A stretch of DNA of 64,000 nt from Candidatus Aenigmatarchaeota archaeon (lineage in GTDB: Archaea > Aenigmatarchaeota > Aenigmatarchaeia > QMZP01 > QMZT01), in the NCBI GenBank assembly GCA_963726265.1, contig CAVSBQ010000002.1:6486-70485 (forward strand), read 5' to 3'. The position numbers were made by a program, and so were the translations under genes. Below are positions 1 through 9,034 of this stretch, piece after piece. The notes under the pieces were generated by a model. The model was not told the DNA's origin. It did not search any database and worked only from the letters and a program-made list of their open reading frames with translations. Positions within the stretch are counted from its first letter, which is position 1. The number at the start of each line of letters is the position of its first letter.

Positions 1-52
1 CTTACCTGAAGGCGGTAAACATGATGCTGAAAAAGCAGAAAGGGAAAGGCTG

Positions 53-709
53 ATGAAAACGCGATTCGGCTTCTCGGCAAGGGAATGCAGGATCCTTGCG
101 AAGCTAGACACGCCCGCAAAAATCCAGGACTACGTCGACGCGCTCGCCTACAACCTGGAGGAGCATGGCGAAACATATTATTCGCCGGCTATGGTCATCA
201 GGTACAAAAAGGCTGACTGCATAGAGGGAGCGATTTTCGCCGCTGCCGCGCTCCGCTTCCATGGTTACCCTCCATTGCTGCTCGATCTTACCGCCAACAA
301 GCGAGACAGCGATCATGTCCTCGCGATCTTCAGGCATAACGGCTGCTGGGGCGCGATAGGAAAATCGAAGTACACGTTCTTCGCCTTCCGCGAGCCGGTA
401 TACAGGACGCTCCGCGAACTGGCGATGTCCTATTTCGAGCTTTACTTCAACTTCTGGGGCGAGAAAACCATGCGCAGTTTCTCGAAGCGGCCGCTGAACT
501 TGGCCATGTTCGACAGCAAGAAATGGATGACCTCTGAAAAATACCTTTTTTTTGTCGCCACAGAACTGGACAAGCTGCCGCATGAAAAAATCCTGAAGCC
601 GGGGATGGCGAGAAGCCTGCGCAGGGTGACGCCGCTGGACAAGGAGTCGGGCGAGATATGGATTCGCAGGAAGGGCATCCTGAAGAAGCTGGAGAAGAAG
701 GGATACTGA
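53..709 (+). CDS. conserved hypothetical protein with a possible transglutaminase/papain-like Cys-His signature
   Basis: Intact 218-aa ORF. It has an ATGA overlap with an upstream partial ORF and a TGATG overlap with the next gene, which suggests an operon. The KADCIEGA ... DSDHVLAIF pattern resembles a catalytic Cys/His pair, but this by-eye match is weak. Confidence 0.6.
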   Translation: MKTRFGFSARECRILAKLDTPAKIQDYVDALAYNLEEHGETYYSPAMVIRYKKADCIEGAIFAAAALRFHGYPPLLLDLTANKRDSDHVLAIFRHNGCWGAIGKSKYTFFAFREPVYRTLRELAMSYFELYFNFWGEKTMRSFSKRPLNLAMFDSKKWMTSEKYLFFVATELDKLPHEKILKPGMARSLRRVTPLDKESGEIWIRRKGILKKLEKKGY

Positions 710-1298
710 TGAACCTCAGGGACGGCGAGTTCGCGGTGAAGTTCGCGCGCAGGGTAATCGAGGCATGGGTTTCCGAGGGGAAGGAGCTGTCAAGGCCGGA
801 GAAGACGCCGAAGCGATTTCTTGCGAAGTCCGGCGTGTTCACCACGCTGTACACCTATCCGGAGCGCGACCTGCGCGGCTGCATAGGGCTTCCTTATCCT
901 TACAAGCCGCTCATCGACGCGATAATAGAGGCCGCGATAAGCGCGACCCAGGACCCGCGCTTCATGGAGTTCGGGAAGGAAGAGCTGGGCAAAACCATCA
1001 TCGAAGTCTCCATCCTCACCCCGCCTGAGAAAATCACGGCAAACAGGCCGGGGATTACCTCAAAAAAATAAAAATCGGCCGCGACGGGCTTATCATAAGG
1101 AAGGGCATGCATTCAGGCCTCCTGCTGCCGCAAGTCCCGGTGGAATACGGCTGGGACGCGACTACGTTTTTGGAACATCTCTGCAACAAGGCATATCTGC
1201 CGCCAGATGCGTGGCTTTCCAGAGAGGCGCAGATATTCAGCTTCCGCTCGGAAATCTTCGGCGAGAAGAGGCCTAAAGGAAAGATAGAAAAGCTGTAG
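709..1298 (+). pseudogene. AMMECR1 domain protein, frame-disrupted near 1050
   Basis: The N-terminal part (frame 1) carries LRGCIG. The C-terminal part (frame 3) carries GDYLKKIKIGRDGLIIRKGMHSGLLLPQV. Both are AMMECR1 hallmarks. The frames join at the G4 run 1050-1053, where one more G would restore NRPGDYLKK. Confidence 0.8.
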
Positions 1299-1351
1299 AA
1301 CCTGCAGAGCTGCATAGCGCAGGTTTATATGAAGACTCCGCCAATTTTCTT

Positions 1352-1672
1352 ATGTTCATTATGATTGTGAAAAGGGTTGCAAGGAAACCGGGCAAGGTCA
1401 AAGTCAGCACAAGCGTGCTGAAAAGGAACGGGAGAAAGGAGAAGTTCAAAAGCGGCAAGATAAGGAAGAGCATCGAAAACGCCTGGAAGGGCTCTGACGT
1501 GACCAAGGCGAAGGCCAAGACGATCGCCTTCAGGATTGCCAGGAGGCTTGAGATGCGGCTGAGGAAGAGCGAGAACGTCAAGAGCTCGGACATCCGCTCC
1601 ATGATACTGGCCGAACTTGACAAGGAAGACAAGAAGCTGGCCGAGAGCTTCAGGGCCTACAGCAAGCACTGA
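1352..1672 (+). CDS. stand-alone ATP-cone domain protein (paralog 1)
   Basis: VLKRNGRKEKFKSGKIRKSIENA ... SSDIRSMILAELD matches the ATP-cone pattern seen in NrdR and RNR N-termini. The N-terminus is lysine-rich. Confidence 0.7.
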   Translation: MFIMIVKRVARKPGKVKVSTSVLKRNGRKEKFKSGKIRKSIENAWKGSDVTKAKAKTIAFRIARRLEMRLRKSENVKSSDIRSMILAELDKEDKKLAESFRAYSKH

Positions 1673-1824
1673 AGTCTTTTCGCAGACCTGGAACCCGCCT
1701 TTCCGCCACGTAAAATTTATAAAGCCTCGGCTCCATTAACAGTTTATATAGGTATAAACGAGGATAAGGGAAAAAGTCATGCTTTTTCTATCGAATCCCG
1801 GTAAAACCATAAAGAGTGATAAAT

Positions 1825-3246
1825 ATGAAAGAATTTAGGAAACTGGGCATCATAGAGCCCATAGTGAAAGTAATAGAGGAACAGAAGTTCGCCAAGCCGA
1901 GCGAGATACAGGAAAAATCGATTCCCGCTGTTGTTGCGGGGAAGGACGTGATAGGAGGCTCGGCGACGGGCTCGGGCAAGACGCTCGTGTTCGGGGCCGG
2001 CATAATCCAGCACGTCGAGCGCGGCCGCGGCCTTCAGTCGCTCATACTCACGCCGACAAGGGAGCTGGCCGAACAGGACGCGAAGGCGCTGGAAATGTTC
2101 TCGAAATACAAGCCGCTGGAAATAATAGCGGTTTACGGCGGCGTCTCGATAAACCCGCAGATTGACGCACTGAGGACAGCGGATGTCGTGGTCGGAACGC
2201 CAGGCAGGATACTGGACCACCTCGAGAGAAGGACCATTTATCTCGGCAACGTGAGAATCCTCGTCCTGGACGAGGCCGACCGCATGCTCGACATGGGCTT
2301 CATCGACGACGTCGAGGATATAATCAGGCACTGCCCGCACGAAAGGCAGACGATGCTTTTCTCCGCGACCATAACCACGGATATTTCGCGCCTGGCGCAG
2401 AACTACATGAGGAACCCGGTCGAGATTTCGGCCGAGAGCTATGTCGACCCGAAAAAGCTGCAGCAGACCTATTATGACGTGCCGGACAACATGAAGTTTT
2501 CGCTGCTCGTCCACCTGCTGAGGCACGAGAAAGCGGGGCTGGTCATGGTCTTCTGCAACACGCGCAGCAACGTCGATTTCGTGGCGAACAACCTCAGGCT
2601 TAACGGCGTCGACGCGGAGGCGATACACGGCGGCTTCTCGCAGGACAAGAGGAGCAAGGCCATGGAGAACTTCCACGCTAAAAACGTTTACGTGCTCGTG
2701 TGCACGGACGTCGCTGCCAGGGGACTGGACATCAAGGGCGTATCGCATGTTTACAATTATGACACCCCGAAGGAGAGCAAGCAATACATCCACAGGATAG
2801 GCAGGACCGCGAGGGCAGGCAACGAAGGCAATGCCATAAGCATCCTTTCCGAGCGCGACCACGATAACTTTCGCCGAGTCCTGCGAGACAACGAGCTGAG
2901 CCCGCACATGGAACCGATGGAGCTGCCGCAATTCGAAAGGGCGCAGATAAGGTGGAGGCAGCCGTCGCGCTTCGATCGCGGCGAAGGCGGTTACCGTGGG
3001 CGAAGAGAAGGCTATGGCCATCGTGAAGGCGGTTACGGAAGCCGCCGCGGCTATGGCGGAGGCGGTGGTCATCCCGGCAGAACGCATGAAGGCGGGAGCC
3101 ACAGGCCGCAGCATGAAAGCGGACGCAGCGACGGCGGCCAAAGCGGAGGCGCCCAACATGAAAGGCGCCACGAAGGCGGCGGCCACCACCAGGAGCGCCG
3201 CGGCCACTCGGACCACCGCGAACGCAGGGGCGGTTACCGCAGATAA
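1825..3246 (+). CDS. DEAD-box ATP-dependent RNA helicase with an Arg/Gly/His-rich C-terminal tail
   Basis: Motifs present are GSGKT (I), DEAD (II), SAT (III) and HRIGRTARAG (VI). The ATG is at 1825, with an alternative GTG at 1816. The last ~95 aa are low complexity (GYRGRREGYGHREGGYGSRRGYGGGGGH...). Confidence 0.93.
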   Translation: MKEFRKLGIIEPIVKVIEEQKFAKPSEIQEKSIPAVVAGKDVIGGSATGSGKTLVFGAGIIQHVERGRGLQSLILTPTRELAEQDAKALEMFSKYKPLEIIAVYGGVSINPQIDALRTADVVVGTPGRILDHLERRTIYLGNVRILVLDEADRMLDMGFIDDVEDIIRHCPHERQTMLFSATITTDISRLAQNYMRNPVEISAESYVDPKKLQQTYYDVPDNMKFSLLVHLLRHEKAGLVMVFCNTRSNVDFVANNLRLNGVDAEAIHGGFSQDKRSKAMENFHAKNVYVLVCTDVAARGLDIKGVSHVYNYDTPKESKQYIHRIGRTARAGNEGNAISILSERDHDNFRRVLRDNELSPHMEPMELPQFERAQIRWRQPSRFDRGEGGYRGRREGYGHREGGYGSRRGYGGGGGHPGRTHEGGSHRPQHESGRSDGGQSGGAQHERRHEGGGHHQERRGHSDHRERRGGYRR

Positions 3247-3350
3247 GCCGAAAGTTTCCCCCGGGTTGCCGTTTCTTAATTTTTTTGCAATTCATGTTTA
3301 AACATAACTTTATTAGGCCATTTCACAACTTTCCTACGAGGTGTTGGGTT

Positions 3351-3623
3351 ATGACAATCGTAATAAAAAGAGACAACAGGAAAGAAGACTTCAGCCGCGA
3401 CAAAATCAGGCGAAGCGTAGAGAATGCGGCGCGAAGAGTGAAGTTAGACAGCAGCAGGTCGAGGGACATCGCAGACAGGGTCGCGAGAAGCGTTGACGAG
3501 CATTTCAGGGACAGGAACGAAGTAAGGGCCACGGACATCCGCGACAGGGTCCTGAGCGAGCTGGACAAGGAAGAGAAAAGAATCTCCAAGGAATTCAGGA
3601 GCTTCAAGAAGCAGCTTAGATAA
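3351..3623 (+). CDS. stand-alone ATP-cone domain protein (paralog 2)
   Basis: The 90-aa protein reads MTIVIKRDNRKEDFSRDKIRRSVENAARR...ATDIRDRVLSELD. It forms a tandem duplicate with the next gene, and the two share the upstream sequence ggtgttggRttATGacaatcgt. Confidence 0.8.
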   Translation: MTIVIKRDNRKEDFSRDKIRRSVENAARRVKLDSSRSRDIADRVARSVDEHFRDRNEVRATDIRDRVLSELDKEEKRISKEFRSFKKQLR

Positions 3624-3647
3624 GTTTAGTAAAAGGGGTGTTGGATT

Positions 3648-3914
3648 ATGACAATCGTTTTGAAGAGGGATGGCGCGTCAGAGGACTTCAGCCGCGACAA
3701 AATCAGGAGAGGCATCGAAAGCGCGGCAAGGCGCGCGAAGATCGACCAGAAGAGGTCGAGGGAGATTTCTGACAGGGTCGCGAGAAGCGTCGAGGACCAT
3801 TTCAACGACAGGGAAGAGGTCAGGAGTTCCGACATACGCAGCAGGATCGTGAGCGAGCTGGACAGGGAAAGCAAGAGCCTTGCAAAGGAATTCAGGTCTT
3901 TCAGAAAGGTCTAA
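3648..3914 (+). CDS. stand-alone ATP-cone domain protein (paralog 3)
   Basis: The 88-aa protein reads MTIVLKRDGASEDFSRDKIRRGIESAARR...SSDIRSRIVSELD. It is about 70% identical to paralog 2. Confidence 0.8.
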   Translation: MTIVLKRDGASEDFSRDKIRRGIESAARRAKIDQKRSREISDRVARSVEDHFNDREEVRSSDIRSRIVSELDRESKSLAKEFRSFRKV

Positions 3915-4016
3915 ACCGCGAAAATCGGTAAAAACCGGAACTGCATTTTTTCCAGTCGAACCGACGGGAATATTCTTATTCCTTAAACTATATTAGCCCA
4001 TGCACAAAAATAATAA

Positions 4017-4808
4017 ATGATGAACAAGAAATTGCTGTTGCTGATTTCTGTGACCGTTGTAATAGTAGCGGGAATGCTTCTCACACCATCGGATGAAAGC
4101 TACGCCATGGTGAGATACGTCCTGAACGGCGTCGGGCTCACGCTCATTCCTTTCATCGGGGCGTGGATCGGCCTCGAGGCCGTGAAGTTTTTCAGTTTCA
4201 AGAGCGCATTCGGCAAGGCCCTGTTCTTCATATCGCTCGGCGTGATAACGTACGGCCTTGGCACTATCGTGTTCTTTTACTACAACATGTTTTTGCAGAC
4301 GGAGATTCCGTATCCTTGCCTGGGGGACATAGGTTTTGCCGCCACCGTAATCCTGGCGAACTACGGCATGTTCCTGCTGCTGAAAGGCATCAAGATGAAA
4401 TTCGATGCCATTACGGTCGCCAAGCTGCTAATATTGCCGATAATCATTTTCGCGATAGTCTTTCCGGTTTTCATTTATGAAAAAGCCGTGGAGGAAGCGC
4501 CCCTCCTGACCAAGTTTTTCAACGTCTATTATGTTGTTGGCGATGCAGTATTCCTGTCCTTTGCCCTGCTCATACTCAGCCTTTCATATGGCAGCATCCT
4601 TTTCAGGTCGGTCAGCGTGCTCAGCGCGGGCTTCATCCTGGAGGCCCTGGCTGACTTCTCGTTCTCGTACACCGCCAGCGCGGGGATTTATTACACCAGC
4701 TGCTGGGTCGACGTGCTCTACTGCCTGGCGTTCTTCGTCATAGGATACGGCATGTATTTCTTCCTGTCCCGCAACAGGGCAGCAGCCGCGCCGGAAAAAG
4801 CAAAATAG
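4017..4808 (+). CDS. polytopic integral membrane protein, function unknown
   Basis: Intact 263-aa ORF with about 7-8 hydrophobic segments. No family was recognised. Confidence 0.7.
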   Translation: MMNKKLLLLISVTVVIVAGMLLTPSDESYAMVRYVLNGVGLTLIPFIGAWIGLEAVKFFSFKSAFGKALFFISLGVITYGLGTIVFFYYNMFLQTEIPYPCLGDIGFAATVILANYGMFLLLKGIKMKFDAITVAKLLILPIIIFAIVFPVFIYEKAVEEAPLLTKFFNVYYVVGDAVFLSFALLILSLSYGSILFRSVSVLSAGFILEALADFSFSYTASAGIYYTSCWVDVLYCLAFFVIGYGMYFFLSRNRAAAAPEKAK

Positions 4809-4870
4809 CTCCACCTGTTTCCGGGACGAATTTCTGGAATTAGAGAAATTTCGGAATGAAAAAAAGGGAA

Positions 4871-5108
4871 CGCCGGGAACAGGATTCGAACCTGTGTGGG
4901 CTTGCGCAAGCGCAAGCATCCGCATGACGCACGCTTCGCGCGCGTCGGTCTGCTTAAGCCTTTTTCGCCCACCGGATCTCCCGAAGGATTGCTGGGGTTG
5001 CTCCTCATGTTCCGCCGATCAGAGTCAAGCCATGAAGTCATCGCGCCACAAGGGCGCTCGTAAGATCCAGTTCTCAAGTCCGGCGCGTTACCGCTCCGCC
5101 ATCCCGGC
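4871..5108 (-). tRNA. tRNA-Ser(UGA), class II, with two insertions (putative introns); no encoded CCA
   Basis: On the reverse strand the acceptor GCCGGGA pairs with TCCCGGC. The D arm is GCG/GAGCGGTAA/CGC. The anticodon stem is CCGGA/TCCGG with loop CUUGAGA. The T arm is ACAGG-TTCGAAT-CCTGT and the discriminator is G. The two anticodon-stem halves are separated by ~95 nt (4977-5071). The variable-arm stem TGGGC/GCCCA encloses ~65 nt (4902-4966). Confidence 0.8.
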
Positions 5109-5172
5109 GTAATTCTAATTAATGTCTGTTCTGTTTAAATATATGCTTTCGCCGCCTGCCGGCTTTAAGAAA

Positions 5173-5376
5173 TCAGAGCTTCAGCTCGTGCTTGAAATCG
5201 CTTTCCTCCGCCTTGTTCAGCTGCCATGCCTCTTCCAATATCATGTTGGGTATGGTTTCGTCGAAAATCGGGAAGGCTAACCCGCACTTCCTGCACAGGA
5301 GAAACATTCCCTTCTCGTGTATCCCGCCCCTGCACCTCGGGCATGCCATGACGTCGAGGAGTCTTTTGTCTATCAT
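5173..5376 (-). CDS. trm112: Trm112-family zinc-ribbon protein (methyltransferase activator)
   Basis: The 67-aa protein carries LLDVMACPRCRG ... LLCRKCGLAFPIFDETIPNMILEEA, which is typical of the Trm112/DUF343 family. Confidence 0.8.
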   Translation of the reverse strand: MIDKRLLDVMACPRCRGGIHEKGMFLLCRKCGLAFPIFDETIPNMILEEAWQLNKAEESDFKHELKL

Positions 5377-5455
5377 ATTGCTTAAATTTTAGAATCAGGT
5401 TTTAAATTCATTTCCGATGTTTAAACACCCGGGTTGAAGCAAAATTCAGGGTCGT

Positions 5456-5743
5456 CTATATGCCCGCGTTTTTCTCCAGCGCTGCCTTCGCCTGCTTCTT
5501 GTCCTTCTTTATCTCGTCCTTCAGCTTCGGCAGCTTCAGGACGAAGCCGCACTTGCCGCATTTGAACGAGAATGGCCGCATCCATGCCGTTTCAATGCGT
5601 CCTGAAAGGCCGCATTCCGGGCAGACGTAATCGACCTGCGCGGTTTCCGTTCCAGTCGGGACCAGGACGCGCATCCTGCCTTTCTCCTCGCCATTCGAGT
5701 TCTTCAGTACCCTGTTGCTCACGAAGCTGTATTTCCTTTCCAT
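5456..5743 (-). CDS. zinc-ribbon protein, function unknown
   Basis: 95-aa ORF with CPECG ... CGKCG (four Cys) and a Lys-rich C-terminus. Confidence 0.55.
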   Translation of the reverse strand: MERKYSFVSNRVLKNSNGEEKGRMRVLVPTGTETAQVDYVCPECGLSGRIETAWMRPFSFKCGKCGFVLKLPKLKDEIKKDKKQAKAALEKNAGI

Positions 5744-5799
5744 GAAATCACTGTTGAATATTATTTATCCCGGCGCCCATTTAAAAATTACCATGGCGT

Positions 5800-6711
5800 T
5801 CAGCGCACGAGCACCCCCGCTATAAAGGCGAGCATCGCGACGAGCATCCCGATTTTCAGGCGCCTGCTTATCCTGGCGTAGCCCTTCTTCCTTTTCACTT
5901 CCCTGCTCAGCGAGTAGATGCATGAGACGAAGAACGCGTCCGCGACGGCGACGACGGCCAGGTAGCCGAGCCCGAGGATGCCGTAGTAATACGGCAGCAC
6001 GGAAAAGACGACCGCGAGCATGAGCGATGCGACGGCGACGATTATCATGCTCCTCTCCGCGTATTTCATCCTGACGCCTCCGGTAGTCAGGCTGAACCTC
6101 TCCGCGACGGGAGCCGACGCCTTCGAAACCTTCGAGGTGAGCTTTTTCAGGAAGCTCTTCTTGTCGCCTTCCATGTCTTCCATGTCCTTGACTATCTCCC
6201 TCGCGACGTTCGCCAGCATCGCCAGCGCGGTAAGCATGAGCGCGAGCTCGACCTTCAGGAACACGGCCCCGCCGAAAAGGAAGACTGAGCCGACCATGTA
6301 GGCGACGACGAGGTTGCCTACCAGGACCTTGTGCTGCAGCGAGAACGAGTAGAGCACGAGCAGCGCCGAGTTTATGAGCGCGAGCGTGAGGCACAGGCCG
6401 TTGAGCATGAAGGCGCACGCGTTGCCCAGGGCGAAAAGCGCGAGTGCGAATGCGAGCGCAGAGTTACTCGAAACCCTGCCCGACGGTATGGACCTGTCCG
6501 GCCTGTTGACCTTGTCCGCCTCCACGTCGAGATAGTCGTTTATCACGTTCCCGGCCGCGGTTATCGCGAAGACCGCAATAACCGCCAAAAGAGCCGGCAG
6601 CGAGAAAAGATCCTGGAAAGAAAGCCCTACGGCCACCAGCATGCCTATGAACGCGCCGAGAGCCGCCATCGCGCAGTTCAGCGGCCTCGTCATCCCAAGC
6701 AGGTCGAGCAT
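5800..6711 (-). CDS. UbiA-family prenyltransferase, likely digeranylgeranylglyceryl phosphate synthase
   Basis: The 303-aa protein has about 8 TM segments. NDYLDVEADKVNRPDRSIPSGRVS is the UbiA Asp-rich motif as found in archaeal DGGGP synthases. Confidence 0.8.
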   Translation of the reverse strand: MLDLLGMTRPLNCAMAALGAFIGMLVAVGLSFQDLFSLPALLAVIAVFAITAAGNVINDYLDVEADKVNRPDRSIPSGRVSSNSALAFALALFALGNACAFMLNGLCLTLALINSALLVLYSFSLQHKVLVGNLVVAYMVGSVFLFGGAVFLKVELALMLTALAMLANVAREIVKDMEDMEGDKKSFLKKLTSKVSKASAPVAERFSLTTGGVRMKYAERSMIIVAVASLMLAVVFSVLPYYYGILGLGYLAVVAVADAFFVSCIYSLSREVKRKKGYARISRRLKIGMLVAMLAFIAGVLVR

Positions 6712-6772
6712 AGTATAAACTTTGACGTGGGGGGTTATAAAAATATTGAAAAAGAGTCTGGTTTGTTTTTCT

Positions 6773-6952
6773 TTAAACAGTCTTGCGCTCTTTCTTGATG
6801 GCCCTGAGCTCCTTGTGCCTGCATTTCCTGCACTTGACCTTTCCCGTCTTCACCTTTACCGCGTCGGCCCTGAGCCTCGCGCCGCAGCGCATGCAGATGT
6901 AGACGCGCGTGAAAAGCCTCGCCTCGGCCTCCGGGAATTTCAGCTTCGTCAT
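6773..6952 (-). CDS. rpl40e: 50S ribosomal protein L40e
   Basis: This 59-aa ORF is below the ORF-track cutoff. It reads [59 protein letters not shown], with the FPEAEAR start and C4 zinc ribbon typical of L40e. Confidence 0.85.
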   Translation of the reverse strand: MTKLKFPEAEARLFTRVYICMRCGARLRADAVKVKTGKVKCRKCRHKELRAIKKERKTV

Positions 6953-7103
6953 GAGAACACCGCAATCATATCAATAGTCAATATAATAAGCATATACTTG
7001 CCCGGCATATTTAAATGTTTGCGGTTTTCCGTTTTTACTCCAAGAAATTCCTCTTCACCGCCGCTTTAAAAATTCAGGGCTGCTGTCTTCCGGCCTCTTC
7101 AGT

Positions 7104-7352
7104 CTAGTCAGTTTCAATATACGTGTAGACATTTCCGATTTTACGCGTATTTTCGTCCTGTATATGTATCGCCACTTCGAACGGTCCGCCGAATGTTGTT
7201 TCACTGCATTCATTTTTCAGTTCGGTCAGTTTATTTCTAACAAATTTGTCAAGGTCCTCGCGGGACAACCCGTCGGGTATCTCGATATCCTCTCTGTAAG
7301 ACCTATACTTCGGCGCCCTGCCAGTGTAATACAGGATCCTAGTTTTTAGCAT
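7104..7352 (-). CDS. hypothetical protein
   Basis: Intact 82-aa ORF in a lower-GC patch. No motif was recognised. Confidence 0.45.
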   Translation of the reverse strand: MLKTRILYYTGRAPKYRSYREDIEIPDGLSREDLDKFVRNKLTELKNECSETTFGGPFEVAIHIQDENTRKIGNVYTYIETD

Positions 7353-7451
7353 ATTAATCCCTTATAAGTAATTACTTTTTCGCTTTAAAAAGACACGTAT
7401 TTTATCTTTTATTCCAGAACGCCTTTCAAAGCTTCCTTCATGCCCGATGGT

Positions 7452-8982
7452 TTAAAGAAGCTCGGCATGCTGCGGTCTGTAGAACGCGATGTGCCTTTCC
7501 CAGGCCTTGCGCTTTTCCGGGTAATCTTCCCTGTAATGCGCCCCCCGCGACTCCTGCCTCGTGAACGCGGCGCGCACTATGAGCTTCGAGACGAGCAGCA
7601 TGTTCCTTATCTCTATGACGTCCGCGTTTATCCCGTTTAAAGCGATTCTTCTCAGCTCCCTCTGCAGCCCGCTTATTTTCTCCAGCGCTGCTTTCAGGCC
7701 GTCCCCGTTCCTCACGATGCCCGCGTCCTGCCACATGATGCCCTTCAGCGCGGTCCTGATTTCGAGCGGCCTCGCCTTCGAAATTTTCAGCTGGTCCGTG
7801 TTTACGAAATCGATGTCCATGCCTATCGCATACGCTCTCGCCGAATCCGCCGAGCGCGAGGAGAACACGAGCGACTCAAGAAGCGAATTGGATGGCAGCC
7901 TGTTCGCGCCGTGAACCTCGGTGCACGCGGCCTCGCCGAATGCGAAGAGACCAGGGATGTTCGTCTTGCCGTCGGTGTCGGTCTTCAGCCCGCCGCACGC
8001 GTAATGCGCGACCGGCTCGACCGGAATCATGGCCTTCGCGATGTCTATGCCGTTCTCCAGGCATTCCTTGTAGATGGCGGGGAACCTGGCCTTAAGGAAG
8101 GCGCTTCCTTTTTTGCGTATGTCGAGATATACGCTCCCTTTATTCAGCTCGCTGAAAATCGCCCTGGCCACCTCGTCCCTGTTCGCCAGCTCTTTGACAA
8201 AGCGTTTCCCGTTCGCGTCCTTCAGCTTCGCTCCCTCGCCGCGCAGCGACTCGGATATCAGGAAGAACGGCTTCCCTTTCCTTCTCATCGCCGTCGGGTG
8301 GAACTGGACGAACTCCATGTCCTCGACCTCGCAGCCGGCGCGGAAGCCCATAGCGACACCGTCGCCGGTCGCGATTTCCGGGTTCGACGTGTTTTCGTAG
8401 ACCCCGCACAGCCCGCCAGTCGCGACAGCGACGGCTTTCGCAAAAAAATCCTCGACCTTCGAATTCCCGATATCGAACACCCGCGCCCCTATGCACTTCC
8501 CTTTTTTCAAGTATCAACTCAAAAGCGAGATGCTTCTCAAAAATGCGTATTCCGTTGTCTTTCGCGGCGGCTATCATCGCTTTCTCTATTTCCGCGCCCG
8601 TCATGTCGCCGCGGTGGACTATGCGCTTTCTCGAATGGCCGCCTTCCATGCCTAACTCGAAACCGCCCGCCTTCGAATCCCGGTCGAACCTCGCTCCCGT
8701 CGACATGAGCCTCTCGATTTCTTCCGGCGCCTGCTTCACCATGAGTTCCACGGCTTCCCTATCGCACAGGCCATCCCCCGCTTCAAGCGTGTCCTTCACG
8801 TGCAAGGCGAAGCTGTCCTTCTTTGAGAAAACGGCGGCGATCCCGCCCTGCGCGAAGTTCGTGTTCGATTCAAGCGCGTCCTTCTTGGTCACTAGGCAGA
8901 CGCTCCCGAACTCCCTCGCCCGAAGCGCGAAGTTGAGGCCCGCAATCCCAGAACCAATCACCAGAAAATCGGACTTTATCAT
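7452..8982 (-). pseudogene. nadB: L-aspartate oxidase (NadB), one frame disruption in a homopolymer
   Basis: The N-terminal part reads DFLVIGSGIAGL...NFAQGGIAA. The C-terminal part reads FVQFHPT ... ESRGAHYREDYP. The two frames meet at the T6/A6 run 8502-8507. Removing one A gives ELILEKGKCIGARV. Confidence 0.88.
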
Positions 8983-9034
8983 TACGATTTATTTGCAATA
9001 ACTGAATTTAAATCTTCACTGTAATTATATTATT

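Noticed and set aside
1777-3216. 479-aa ORF antisense to the DEAD-box helicase. Similar long antisense ORFs lie at 59543-61513 (656 aa), 43727-44665, 40224-41135, 38846-39712, 31061-32173 and 61060-61974.
   Set aside because: They are Ala/Arg/Val-rich shadow frames opposite genes with clear family motifs. This is typical of stop-codon depletion on the antisense strand of GC-rich coding DNA. No independent motif supports them.
4977-5071. A possible box C/D sRNA inside the first tRNA-Ser insertion (GCGATGA ... CTGA).
   Set aside because: The C-box match is only partial. The spacing to the CTGA is about 15 nt and no terminal D box is present. The putative guide is not complementary to the tRNA anticodon region.
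5765-6418. A 217-aa Arg-rich ORF overlapping the UbiA-family gene in another frame, with similar Arg/Gly-rich overlapping ORFs at 41119-41781, 44043-44693 and 54706-55407.
   Set aside because: They are compositionally biased alternative frames of well-supported genes. No motifs were found and they have no independent start context.
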